DNA of 64,000 bases from Octopus vulgaris (lineage: Eukaryota). The stretch lies in assembly GCA_951406725.2 (NCBI GenBank), contig OX597817.1:36580001-36644000 (forward strand), in the 5' to 3' direction. Below, piece by piece: positions 14,376-29,158 of this stretch (its first letter is position 1; every line of letters starts with the position of its first letter). A program made the translations under genes and the position numbers. The notes below the pieces were generated by a model. That model was given only the letters and a program-made list of their open reading frames with translations. It did no database searches and was not told the origin of the DNA.

Positions 14376-14679
14376 TCGCCATTTTTTCAAGCCTAGCCAG
14401 GCTCATGAGCCCGGTTTCCCGGTTTCTGTGGCGTATGTGTTCCCCCCAGCTGGACGGGATGCCAGTCCATCGCAGCGTTACTCAAGAATCAGGAAGAAAG
14501 AATGGGAGAAATTTGTGACAAAAGAGTACAACAGGGGTCACCACCACCTCCTGCCGGAACTTCGTGGAGCTTTTAGATGTTTTCGCTCAATAAACACACA
14601 CAACGCCCGGTCTGGGAATACGAAAGCACGAACCACCGACCGCGAGTCCGCTACCCTAACCACTGGGCCATTGGGCCTC
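14376..14679 (-). mobile_element. SINE family B, tail type 2
   Basis: Same head and body as 13420 but a different 3' ~110 bp, shared with 32835-33106. TCAGT(G/A)AATAAGATA occurs on both sides. Confidence 0.85.
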
Positions 14680-15245
14680 TCAGTAAATAAGATACATATA
14701 TATTTTCAAGACCATTTAGCTCTACGTTGTTATTTCTAACTTCTGGCTAATTCTAACTGAATAGGAATATAATGAAATTTCTTCTTGAGAAGAATATCTT
14801 ATCTTTTTAATGGCATAGTTTATCTAGGAGTACGTTATATAACATACTTTTCTGCCTTTTTAAACGGTAAGTTGGAATATGAAGGATATATTTATCGCAG
14901 CTCAGCTAACGAAATAAAATCCCATAAGTCTAAGTATCTGATATTAATAATATATTTCATTCTTGTAATCTAAATAGATGGCGTTTTAAGAATCACCATA
15001 AAATCGTCGGGTACCATAGACCATACGGGACACAATGGTTAAAAATATTCACGACATGCTGATGGGAGAATAATTGAGGTAAATTCTCTAAATTCTATCG
15101 AGTAATTGCTATAGGAGCAACATATTATATAACATTGCTAAAACCTTTAATGATCTAGCACGTAACCATAAGCACATGCGTACATGTACATACATACATA
15201 CATACATATATGATATGTCTGTGAATGTGTGCATAACACAAAACA

Positions 15246-15281
<36 letters not shown>

Positions 15282-15642
15282 AAAACCATTGATAAGTATC
15301 ACTAAGTATATGCATGTATGTGTTCATGTGTGTATAAAAGAATTTGTTCAATGATATAATGCGTGTTCATATGTGTGTTGTATACAAGGAAATATATATC
15401 TTTTCAAAGAAATAATTCATACATATTTAGTTTCTGTATTTGGTTTGCAAGATTCTATATGTGAATTGGAGTGTTGAAGGAAAATTTAGTGTATGGGGGA
15501 GCGTTATTCTCTTTTAGTACCTTATTATTTTTACACACCCACCGGTTCGATTTTCACTCGTTGAGTGTCCGTTACCAGAGTTGCGTTCTTTTTGATTTTT
15601 GTTTGAGCGCAAGTGTGTACGTCAGTATGCATGTAGAGACAC

Positions 15643-15677
<35 letters not shown>

Positions 15678-15832
15678 TGTATGTATGTATGTATGTATGT
15701 ATGTATGTATGTATGTATGTATGTGTGTTTGTATGTATGTATATATGTAAGTACGTATGTATGCATGCTTGCATGTAATTATGCATGCATGTATATGTGT
15801 GCATGCATGTATGTATCTGTCTGTATGCATAT

Positions 15833-15883
<51 letters not shown>

Positions 15884-16012
15884 TGTAAGTACGTTTGTAT
15901 GTATGGGTATGTGTGTGTGTTATTTGGCCGTATTACCTATGTACTTATCTATCTGTTTATCTACCAGTTTACTTAGATATCTACTTACCTACACACACAC
16001 ATACACACACAC

Positions 16013-16079
<67 letters not shown>

Positions 16080-16149
16080 CATATATACATATACACACGT
16101 ATACATATATATATATATACGTTTACATAACACACTATTAACAAATCTG

Positions 16150-17530
16150 TGTTGATATGAAGTGTGGGTATGACTATCTTCTGCGTATATTTCCTATTTA
16201 GTACTGCGGGTATTTCATTTAAGAGGACGTACTCCTGTGTTTCTCAGACTGTTGTGTCCTTCGGGTGCTTGGATAAAATGCGGATGTCAAGTTGACCTAG
16301 GGTGCCTCCATGTTGGTCTTAGGCCTGTTGGTAGAATATAGTGGACTGTTTTTTTGTTGTCATATTGTCTCAAATGTTCATTTAGTCTCTCCACAATGCT
16401 TCTAGATGTCTCCCCTATATACGATGTTCTTGTCTTTACAAGCATCCTCTATGCACCTTATGCTGTAGAATACATTTCTAGTTCAACAGTTAACGCCAGG
16501 GTTAATCTTACATATCATGCAGTTACCATTGGTGCATACGGTATTCTCAAAGAGTACGTCCTACATAGTTGTGATCTGATGGAGATCCCTGGCCTTTCAA
16601 TGATCTTAATGTTGAGTTTGACCTTCGTCAGAGCTTTCCTAAATGTTCTGGCTAGTTTTCCATGGGCTGTGGCCTCTACAGTCCACCTCAAGCTTTGATA
16701 TTTGTCGGTCTTGTACTACGTGTTCGCTCTGTTTGCTTTGTCACAAACTATTTGTATCCTATTCCACTCTTTACTGCTATGTCTAGGGCAGATATCACAG
16801 GTTTCATTAAATATAATGTTAACTTCTTTCTAGCTCCCCTGTCTTTCTAATCATATCCAGAGAACTTCTTTCTAGCTCCACTATTTTTCTAATCATATCC
16901 AGAGACCTGCATGCGATGCATGAATTTCTGTACATATTTGTTTCATAGGGATGTTCATTATTTTAACTAAGTCTGCTTTGAGTATATTGATTTTCATGTT
17001 GTGTGACAAACGGAGTTCTTGGGAACAACATATTTAGAAGCTATGGGTTTCATGTAATATAAGTGGAGGAGCTGCACTCTCTTGTTCACAGTCTCTAACC
17101 AAAGTTCAGTATCAAAGATAAGGAGTCTATTGTTAGGGTGCCTGGTGGGGGTAATCTATAGCTACCTTGATAAGTTGCTGGATGGAGTTAGCTACTCGCT
17201 GGATGCTCTCTATTATGCTCCTCTAGGTTTCTACATTATAGTTACTTGAATCTGTCCTAACAAGAATATCAATGTCATCTACATACCTATAGTAAAGTAA
17301 AACAATTGTAGGTTGGTCCTCTAACGATTGTTTAAGTTTTCTGTCCCACTAGCTCATGAAGAGGCTGGCCACATCTCCAGCCACACTGACATCAATGGCT
17401 GCACCTTGAACCTGCATATATACTTTTCTGTTAAACCTTACTATGTGGTTTTTATGATAGCCCCTATTACATGTGCAATCATTCTCTTCGCCTGATTGTA
17501 GTTCTCAGGGTCCTTTGTAGGAGTGGCTGG
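16150..17530 (-). mobile_element. Decayed Penelope-like retroelement (RT + C-terminal GIY-YIG)
   Basis: Minus strand reads FNRKVYMQVQGAAI, LYYRYVDDIDILV (YVDD at 17274-17285) and YIGETSRSIVERLNEH (YIGETSRS at 16398-16421). Many stops and frameshifts. Confidence 0.8.
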
Positions 17531-18636
17531 ACTATACCCACTCAGGACACATACAAATATATATAGAAATGTATGTATATGAGTGTGTCTTTGGGTGTGT
17601 GTGAGTGCGTATGTACTTATGTGCGTGTGTGAGTGTGTTTCTATGTATCTAAAAATGTAAGTAAAACAAAATTCCTTTTATGAATTCATAATTATTTCAC
17701 TAAAAGGGATACATATAATTGCACAAATATTTATGCGCCTGTATATCCAATCCTACATACCTATGTAAATACGCGCACACGTACAAACACAAACATGCCT
17801 ATCTACCTACCTACCTACCTACACACACGCACATACACACATATACACACACACACACTCACATACACACATATACACACACACACTCACATACACACAT
17901 TCTCATATAAATATTGGTTGGTGAAATTATTTATATTGGTTTAAATGAAGCTATTACGAAGCGATTCAGTAGGGGAAGGGCTGTTTCTTTGACATATATT
18001 TTAGAAACAGCTGTGTCAGTGCTTCCATAATTAAGCTGTTATTAACTATGAATTAAAGATTAACAGTTACCAGGCGTAAACATTCAAAATTGATAAATGA
18101 GTTATCACACACCCTCAAATATAATCAAAGTGTGCATAAATATTTAGCACGAATCTTCAAAAAAAAAAGAAAAAACACGAGACAACTATTGAATGTACAA
18201 ACGTATTTAAAGAGTTTTAAGATTCAAACGCACAAACGTTTGCTGAAAATATAGTCTGCTTCTTTCTCTCTATCTCTTCTTTTCTCTGTCTGTCTCATTC
18301 CTTCTCACACACGCTCCTTCTCATACATAACACTGTCAATAAAAACATCCACATATATGTTATTTATGAAGGCAGCCTATGTAACTGATTATAAAAAAAA
18401 GTTATTCTTTATCGTTGAGTCTTTACAGAGAACTTCAAAGATTTTGCCGTTCTTATACAGGTGTTTTCAATATTTCAGAACTTATTGAGACACACGTTCT
18501 GTTTCCTCTAATTGTTTATCAGCTTAACAATCTTAATTTCAACGTTTGATGTGGAGGACGCACCTAACACAAATAAACAAATACAAAACACCTGAATCAA
18601 TATCATTCTCAATTGATTTCACAAAATCTTGGCTCT

Positions 18637-19103
<467 letters not shown>

Positions 19104-19344
19104 ATGAAGTACTCCATATATGTAGGCTTCTTTGTCATCCCAATCTTAGCTAAATCATCATTGTTGTGTGTGGGCGGGGCGGCCCTATTGAGGATCTCTC
19201 TGTGACTTCGAAGTTGTGGACTGTGAATCTTCCTCGGACTGTGGTACTTATGGGTTCGTCTACAAAATGAATGGAGAAATTCTTCAGTTTCATGTTAGAT
19301 CGTGTACGTCATAACACGATATATATATACAGATAGATAGATAG

Positions 19345-19391
<47 letters not shown>

Positions 19392-20920
19392 GGGGGCGTG
19401 AAAGAGAGAAATTTTAAATAAATGAACTACTTATTGCGTAGTCCATGTAGTGCAATCAACATATCTCGTACACCAGCAAAAAGGCCGCCACGCAGACAGC
19501 TTTCGACTGGTTGGAGACTATTATTTACACATTTGATATGTGTAATTTTTCTGATAGTTTCCTCTAATTTTCCTTTGTATCGTCTAATTGTTCTTCTGCA
19601 GTGATTGTAGGGCATAGCTATAGAACTGAGCCCGCCGATTTCGTTTCAAGACGAGTTTCTCATAAATGAATATTCATTAATGCAACTCTCCACGAACACG
19701 TTCCAGGTGGTGTGGATTACGATCATAATGGAATTTGTTGTGAAAAATTCTTCACACACCCCAATTTTGTTTCCTTATCGCTTTCAGGAAAATGAGTATT
19801 TTTATAATGAAATTTTCAACAAATAACTCTCAAGTCATTTAGATAACAGTTATATAGGAAATTAATGTGGAAAAGTGCTGGGTGGCGGGTATTTCACGTA
19901 TTGTCACCTTGTTTTCCTGATACGTTCTAATTACAATCCTGTTGAAAAAAATACTTTTGAGACCCGTGTGATCCCTCCTTCTTCGTACATATTAAACAGA
20001 CACATAGAAGACGGACCACCTTTCAATTTGTTTAGAAAATAAAGATGAAGATTGTGGTAAAATAATTGAAGAAATATATATTCAATGATAAGTGCTAGCG
20101 TTGCACTCACCTTTCTACAAAGATTCCTTTCGGGAGCTTTTCACGAAAGACTGAAATAGTCCTTAAATTTAACTTTCCTCCCACAGCATAACAGTTAAAT
20201 CAACATATATCTGGAAACCAACGCCAACATGCATGAAATATCGACTACCTTCACATTTTTTCCACGCTAAAAACATATAATTGTAATTTACACCATCTCA
20301 TAGTATTTATAGATAATTTTATTTAAAGATACCCATTTTTCTGCAAGTTACAAGGAAAGAAATTCGAGACCTATGAATTATTCGAAAATCCTCGCCCCAA
20401 AAACTGTGGAAATTGTTTTCACGACAAATTCCAAAATAAACATAACATATGCAATTAAAAACGTATTTGCTGGAAATGTCATTAAAAATAACCATTTTTT
20501 AAGAAAGTTATGTGGAAACAAAATCGGAGGAGGGGCATCTTCTGTAATGATGCCAAACTGACGTAAGTAAATTAAAATTCCTTTTCTTATTCCGTTTTCT
20601 GTTTCTTCATCAACACCCTTGTATGTGTTGTTTAAGATATGAAAGGATACTGGAATCAAAATAATTTGGCTGACGCTGAATTAAACTTACGATTTGTAGA
20701 AAGTGAGGGTGCAAATAATTGGGTAACCTTTGTTTTTTCAGAAGTATAAGCAGATATTAGAATTTTAAAAAAAACTTTCCACGCAATGTAGATTCTAATA
20801 ATTGCATAAGTTACGTAATTCCAACTAATTAACAAGCAGATAGACTAGGGCGTGTTGATGAAGTGTAAATCATTTGTCCTTATTTGTTCTCTGCCTGAAA
20901 ACAATTAGACACTCTTTTGC

Positions 20921-20951
<31 letters not shown>

Positions 20952-21120
20952 TGTATGTATGTATGTATGTATGTATGTATGTATGTGTGTATATACGTAC
21001 GTATGTATGTATGTACATATGTATGTGTGCATGTATGCATGCATATATGTATGCGTGTGTATGCATGTATGTATGTATTTTTTATGTTAGCTACTGTAAT
21101 ATGAGTAGAAAAGACGAAGA

Positions 21121-21155
<35 letters not shown>

Positions 21156-23049
21156 AAGAGAGAGTAATAGCGTGGCATTGGATTATGTTTATGGGGCAGA
21201 GACTGAATTGTTTCGCTGTGCAACTTCTCTATTCATGAAAATATTATATATAAAGAAAATGTGTTTAGTATAATATAGGATTGACGCAAAATTGCTCACT
21301 AATCGAACTAGCTACCGAGAGTACCTAATATATGGAAATTGTTATGGTCTTAGTAATAGTGTGTATAATAATTTGCCCTCAGTAATATGCAACTCTCCGT
21401 GGAGAGTTGAAGGGGATTCTCAGTATCTGATGAAATCTTAAAATAGTTCAGCTCAGCTCTTTTTCATGTTTACGAATATCTTGTAAATAAAAACAAGTTA
21501 TATGCATTTTGTCCACACATAGTGTATGAAATAATACGCTATAGCTTTATTCTTTTGTTCAGCATAACATTGGAAAGTTACCGCTCTTTCTTTAGTCTGT
21601 TTATATCTTTCAGCACAATCTATTTTGTGTATTCCTATGAGAGCAGCTAGTAATTTGTTCATGTCTACAAAAACGTTGCTGAAAGGATTTCCTGCGGATT
21701 TCGCTTGATTTTGAAAATGGCTTTAATATTAAATTGTAACAGCTCAACTCATTTGCAGTATTCAGTTATGACTTTGTATTTCTAAAGGTTGACTTTGCCT
21801 AACATTGCTAGGAGTTGATAAAATAAATACTAGCCAAATAGTGGGATCGAAATAATCACTTGATTGTCCCACCTACCAAACTTCTGGTCATCAGATTATG
21901 TTAGAGTTCGATATTATATTATACACCTCAAAAGCATTGTGTTCTCTCTTCTACTCATTGTTAGAGGTGATCAACTTGGCCGGCTAAGGTCATGGAACAG
22001 CTTCCACACAACAGGCCAATGTTCTTATATAATTATGCATAAGTATATTCGCGAGAATGTTAATCTAACTAACGACATGTTAAATAAAAAAAAACCATCA
22101 TTGTATAGCTATAGAAACTATCATAAACATAGCTTTAATGATATAAGAATTTAAAAGTGTTTTACTCAAATAATTTTCGTAATTATACTTTGAAGCGAAT
22201 TAACAGACACAAATAATTGCTTCAGCAGAAAATTAACATTTTGCTCTTAAACTAGTTAACGGACTGTGGATGTGGTTATTAACCCCATTTCATTTTTGAT
22301 TAAACAAACACGTGGTTAATCGAATTCTAGCATTGACTGTTATTTGCATTTTTGCTACCCAATGATAGTGTACGTAAAAAACAAAATGTATCCTATTTTT
22401 AAGATACTTAATGGAAATTTGGCGGCTACAAAGTAATAGAAGCTTTCTCGATGGACAGAGAACGTAAATACGGCAGGGTTTCTGATTATAAACTAAAGAC
22501 AGTTTACATACACAGATATATTTCATATGAAGAACTATAACCAACGTGCAACAAATCTGTATGTGAATAAAAAGCATTGTTAGCTCTAAATATGAGCACC
22601 GCTCAGTCCAGATCATTTATTATCAAGTAGCTCAGCCGTGAAAGTGATAATAGACACCTATAGGTAGAAACAAAGAAATTCATTAACATGGAGTGCTGTA
22701 TTCAACTTTCGATGTTGGCTTAAAGAATCTCCCCAGTATTAGAGATTTCATCTTCTCACACATTAATCATGGATTAGGACTCTCGTTCTGATACTTAGCT
22801 TCATGTACTGGTTGGTTTTCAGTCACATAAAACCTAGTTAACATTCAACCGACACCAGCCGAATATCTTTTGCATTCACCATTTTTTTCTGTAGTTTACA
22901 CCCAACAGTCTAAAAACAAAGGGAAAATAAATATTGAATAATGTAGTCCCTGAAATAACTAAGAAGATTACGCTTGGAAAACTTTCAATGAAACGTATAC
23001 TCGATCAGGCCTGACCTGGCGCTAAATAATTCTTTCAACCAAAGTCACA

Positions 23050-23215
23050 ATGTCTGAAATTTTGCGGTAGGGTACTAGTTGACTGACCCCACTGTTTCAA
23101 TGATACTTAATTTATTGACCCCCAAAAGGATGAAAGGCGAAGAGCATAAAATCGGACGAAATGTCGCTAAGCATTTTTCTCGGCGTGTTAACCGTTCTGT
23201 CAGCTCGCTACCTTC
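23050..23215 (-). mobile_element. Degraded SINE family C, internally deleted
   Basis: Reverse complement of GCGAGCTGACAGAA...GCCTTTCATCCTTTTGGGGGTCAATAAATTAAGTA, homologous to 26077, 46282 and 57193. Confidence 0.65.
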
Positions 23216-25431
23216 CACCGGAAAATAAATAACAAACCCACACTCTTGCGAGGGCATTCCTATTACATTTCGTTTTTCGGATAACTAATATCTCTCCCAA
23301 CTGGGATGCTTAAATACCATTCAAATATAAAGAAATATTTTGAGAAACAAAAGCAATTGGCATTTTGAGATTTTATCTATTAAAATTTAAATTAAATAAA
23401 AACTTGCAAACTTTTATTAGCTTCAGACATATCAGACAGAGCGATCAAGCATTTATCAAAGAAGCTGGATACGAGCTAATTACACTAAGCAGCACATCAT
23501 TGATTACGATGCTATAAGAAGTTAATTAATCATTTTCATTCTTTAAACGTAGATACACCGAAGACATTATAATTTAACGAAGAGTCTTTGTTTTTTCGTT
23601 AGAAGTTTTGTTCTGTTTAGTTTAAAAAGCCCGGAGATGCTGAATGGAATTAGTGAATTGTATGATTCTCATCCGTAAGTCTAGCATGAAAGTGATTATT
23701 GCTAAAATAGATTTGTGGTAGAACACAATGATGCAATTTCCAATACTTGTTTCCTCAAAAATTAATATTTTAAAACTGCCATATAGGAATTATATTCTTT
23801 CAAATAGAAAAACTTTTAGATTTGGATACCAGACTTATGCAGTAGCAAAAGAATTACTTTGAGCGGCAACGAATCATGATTTTTCATTTGGCATTGAATC
23901 GAAAGGAGTTTCACATATTTCTAGTAAGCTTTCTATGACTTTATATGCTTCAAAACAACCTTCTGAACTTGTTCCAAGATGTTGAACCTCCCTGTAGCAT
24001 ACTCCACGATTGATATCACGTTTGGTTCTTTCAGCCCTAGAGAAAATACTACGTAGTATTTTGGCAGTTGAATTATGTAGAAATTTAGCATTGATCTAAA
24101 TATACTTCTATTTGCAAAAAATAAGATAACCCGATTAAAGTCTTATAATATCCATTGTAAATAATTTGTGATAAGTGATGGCGGTCTGTAATTCCAAATT
24201 ATCTTACAACTTTGTGTCCTTTTACAATATAATTGGAATGCCTTTAACAAACATAGGTATACAAAGTTTCTCTTCGTATTTCAGCTCTGTTTTTTTTACT
24301 TGTTCATTCTAAAAATAATAACATAAATTTTGTCAGTGAATAAGAAATACAATTACACACTATTTACATGTAATGATACCATTTAATCCAATATTTCCTT
24401 GATTAAGACAAGTTCTACTTGAGATTCTATTTTAGACGGTGCACCATTCGTATCTATACCACTATCATTTGCAAAGGGTAAATTGAAAGCGTTTATCGTT
24501 ATTTAGGCCTCAGAAAAAATATTTTCATCTCCGTTATTCCCATGCATCGATTTTAAAGCAAGCAGATTGTCTTATACAGTAAAAGTTTCCATTATTGTAC
24601 TGACAAATATAGCCAAATGTTCTTTATTTATCTGTTGTCTCATCTACAGCTATCGAATATCGAATAAAACACAGCACAGACACTCAAGCTGCTTGTTTCA
24701 AGAATATATAACTATTGCTAACCATGAATTTTATAGAACCAGAAACACAACTCGGAACTAAACCAATATTTTCATCTAATATAGCTGGCTGTTCGTGGGA
24801 GTAAACTTTGTACGAAAGCATCAATAGATCCTTTAGGTAACTCGTCTCTGACATGTTATTTCACTTACTCTGCAGTTATATCACACATTCATGTGTTACA
24901 GAGGAATATTTATTAACATGTCACTTGAAAATGGATTGCTATTTGCATAAAATTTCTTTAAAATACATCATTTTGGCAGAATCTATAAGTTTTATACTTT
25001 AACTGAATTTTTACAATACACACACACGCACGCACGCACTCACACACACAAATACAAACGAACATACATACGCACCCATGCATGCACGCACACATATATA
25101 CATCAAGCCTATACATCACTGAAACTCCTATCCTTTCCTTTTACCTTGCTTCCAGCAACAGTAGTTAATCCGTTTTCTTTCCTCAGGATTAGAGGCAATT
25201 AATGTTCAATGTCAGATACAAATTGAATAGCTAAAATTAAGATGAAATATTCCATATTGCAGTTCACGAAAATAGTTCTTTCCATCATCGGCAGCCAGAT
25301 ATGCTTCAATATTTATATATCATTATTATATCTTCGTGGACAATTTGCATCAAAGTTTAAGATTTTAAATATATCTGTAATTGTGTTAAAACATAATTTA
25401 CATGATAACATGAAGCAAAATAAAATTGAAT

Positions 25432-25860
25432 TAAGCCTCAAGAATTTATCTTATGAAGGAAGGCTGAAGACGCTCGACCTTTATTCTCCAGAAAAATGAC
25501 GACGCCGTGGTGATCTCATTCTTGCTCACAACATCATAAGCGGAAAGTGTAACCTCTCCAAAGAGCTGTTCTTCACTCCTGCTCCAGAGCGTCGGCTGCG
25601 GGGTCACTCCGAAAAGCTCTATCTGCGACGATTTCGTCTCAATCGAAGGAAAGGGGCTTTCTCCGTCCGGGTTGCGGATCCCTGGAATAAGCTGCCGGAC
25701 GAGATGGTGAAGATGCCGACGACCGCTCCGTTCAAAGTCTCCCTTGGCCACAAGTGGCCTGAACTCTTTACATGAACACTACCCTGTACATAACTCCATG
25801 CCCCCTTACATGGCCTTGCGTTTTATTTTTTGAGCCAAAAATCAACTAACTAACTAACTA
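25432..25860 (+). mobile_element. 3' end of a 5'-truncated CR1-type LINE
   Basis: LSYEGRLKTLDLYSPEK*RRRGDLI...LRGHSEKL...FSVRVADPWNKLP is a typical CR1 ORF2 C-terminus. A short 3' UTR and (AACT)n tail follow. Confidence 0.88.
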
Positions 25861-26076
25861 TCCTCCCGTATGGCTAACTACCATCTCTCTGCTACAGCCA
25901 ATGACACTTCAGACTAAAGATGGTACTGTTCATGCAATTATTTTCTGGCTCAGAATGAGGTGTATTTCTTTTTTGCTATTACCAGTCTTATTTTTCTGCA
26001 GAGAGAAGAAAATATGAAGAAAACTGCCACGCTATTCTGTTAGCGGTAGTGATCACGCTTATACAACTCCACCTAA

Positions 26077-26300
26077 GGCGGCGAGCTGGCAGAAACGTTA
26101 TCGCGCCTGGCGAAATGCTTAGCGATATTTCTTCAGCCGTTACGTTCTGAGTTCAAATTCTGTCGAGGTCGACTTTACCTTTCATCCTTTCGGGGTCGAT
26201 AAATAAAGTACCATTTACGCACTGGGGTCGATGTAAATGACTTAATTCGTTTGTCTGTCCTTGTTTGTCCCCTCTATGTTTAGCCCCTTGTAGGCAATAA
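26077..26300 (+). mobile_element. tRNA-headed SINE family C (Meta/MESC-like core)
   Basis: GGCGGCGAGCTGGCAGAAACGTTA head, GAGTTCAAATTC B box and core CCTTTCATCCTTTCGGGGTCGATAAA. Confidence 0.85.
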
Positions 26301-26442
26301 ATATATATACTATTCTCAGTTTATTTATGAACGATTTATTCGTATTAATATTTTGGAATCCCCTTTCTAAAATTTTGATTGCTAATGTTAGATTTTATAG
26401 TTTCATTCTACTATGCGTTAGCACCCACATGTATACCATGAG

Positions 26443-26488
<46 letters not shown>

Positions 26489-26671
26489 CGGTTATTCAGT
26501 CAAAGAAAAGCAGACAGACATTAACTGACAGGTCACAAAATACGAATCAGTAGACTACAAAACTATCTTTGTATAGAAAGGATTTATATATATTCTGCTG
26601 ATTTATGTATGTATGTATGTATGTATGTATGTATGTATGTATGTATGTATGTATGTATGTATGCATGCATG

Positions 26672-26722
<51 letters not shown>

Positions 26723-27236
26723 TTTTAAACTCTCTGTTGTGTTCTCTCTCTCTTGTGCTCTCCCTTTTTACATATGTGTGCGCATTGCAAATAAGCAGGA
26801 AAGTTTGAAAGTCCGCTAAATAAGTGTTATATATTTGAATTATTTGTCAAATAAAACAAGCTGTCTCTTTTAAATAGAAGATAAATAAGTTTATTTCATG
26901 TATTACGTTATATACAAGGGTTATGTTTTCATATGAATATACACAGGAAAAATAATAGTGTTTGTTATTTGCAATATAAGAGTTTTATTGAAAACTGTTT
27001 TAGTAATAAACAAAAAGATGCATCTTTTTCCATTACTTGAAGTGTAAGAGCTGTGATTTCAATGAAGTGAGGTTTTCACAAAACGTATTTTGCAAAAAAA
27101 GGAAAATCACATTTTGCTGAACGTATGTATTTTACTGTAAAGTGCGTTGTCAGCGGAATTTCTGACCATGTTGCATATACACATATGCACACTCGCGCAC
27201 ATGCGTACACAGACACAGACACACACACGTGCATGT

Positions 27237-27276
<40 letters not shown>

Positions 27277-27714
27277 TATATATTGATAGAGATAGATAGA
27301 GAAATAGATACATAGATACATATATATACGTATAGAGACATATTTAAACTAATATAAAATCAAAAATATGTTGTTTTTTTTTAAATTTGCTTTTATATCT
27401 TTCGTGGAGAAACATTGGTTCTTTTCCCAATACTTTTCTAATTTACATAATTACTCCAATTTAGTTTTTGATCAGAAAATATTTTTCTCATTTTTAGAAA
27501 GAAAGAAGGAAAACATTTTTGTCTATGAACTCCTGCAAAATTTGTTTTCCTATGCAAAATTTAGCTAATCTGCTTTCAAAAATGTCACCGCCATCTTGGA
27601 ATATACATACACACATGCATACATCTATGCGTATATATGTGCACTCATACACACGTATATGTACACTAACCTACCCACCAGCCTATCTACATACATAGTT
27701 GTGTATATATTTAA

Positions 27715-27747
<33 letters not shown>

Positions 27748-27777
27748 CATACATACATACATACATGCATTCATACT

Positions 27778-27841
<64 letters not shown>

Positions 27842-28098
27842 CATGCATGCATACATACATACATATATATTCACTTTTTCTTATTAACATTATAATGCAA
27901 ATATTATCTAAACGATTCTGCCAAAATATCTTTTGCATTAAGCCTTAATTTTGTTATCTTGTCAATACATTAGTTGCTTTCTGAAGAGGAAAAATTATGA
28001 CGTGTATTAGAAAGGAAAAAGAACCCGAAATACATTTAAAACATTCATACTGTTTTCTGTGTGCATAAGTGTTTGTTTGTTTGTTCGGTTGTATGTGT

Positions 28099-28145
<47 letters not shown>

Positions 28146-28882
28146 CGTGCACGTGCGTATGCCTGGGTGGTTCGTTTTTATATTGAACTACAAAAACCTA
28201 TTGAATTGAATTCTACGTTCAGAACGAAATATATCGTGATCTAGCAAAAACGTATTATTCGCCATAAAAAAAACACGGGTTCGAAAGTGAAACTTGAAAT
28301 TTCATACCGCCTACCAAGTGGGATTTAAAATGGCGAAGCATGACACGCATGTTTCACGTATTCACTTACATTCTTCTAATCTCGTTTGAGCAACAAAGAA
28401 AACGAACACGAACTAAAATGATAAATGTGACCACGCAAATACATTCAAAACATATGAGTTGATTGATATACAAAGATGCATGTAATTATTCCGAGATATT
28501 CGTGTTCACATAAAAGAACACAGTTGCCTGCAAAATTCGGACAACCATATCTAATATAAAGTGTGCTTTTGAATACATACGTATGCACATGCATAATTGC
28601 TGTACCAAAAAGCGAACGCCCACGTCTAAACACACACACACACACAAAGGGATGTGCCCATACCTACTCATCCACACACACACACGTTTAAATAGACAGA
28701 CATGCAGACTGACAAACAAGTAGTCAAACAAACAGACAGGTACACACACACGCATACAATCATGCACGCATGTTACTTTTCTAGATGAATTTTCTTTCTA
28801 TCGTCCGCTGTGTACAAGTCATTTGTTTCAATACTTAACGATCTTCATCAATTGTCCTCTTCTCCCTCCTTATTTCTCTCAT

Positions 28883-28930
28883 CATCATCCTCATCCCCCC
28901 ATCATCATCAAAACCACCACCACCACCACC

Positions 28931-29022
<92 letters not shown>

Positions 29023-29085
29023 CATCATCATCATTATAATTATTAGATTTCCTTAATATTTTAATGCGAAAGAAATATTTGTTTT

Positions 29086-29157
<72 letters not shown>
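28883..29157. repeat. (CAC)n-(CAT)n and (AAT)n microsatellites
   Basis: Read directly; source of the poly-His ORF. Confidence 0.95.
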
Positions 29158-29158
<1 letters not shown>

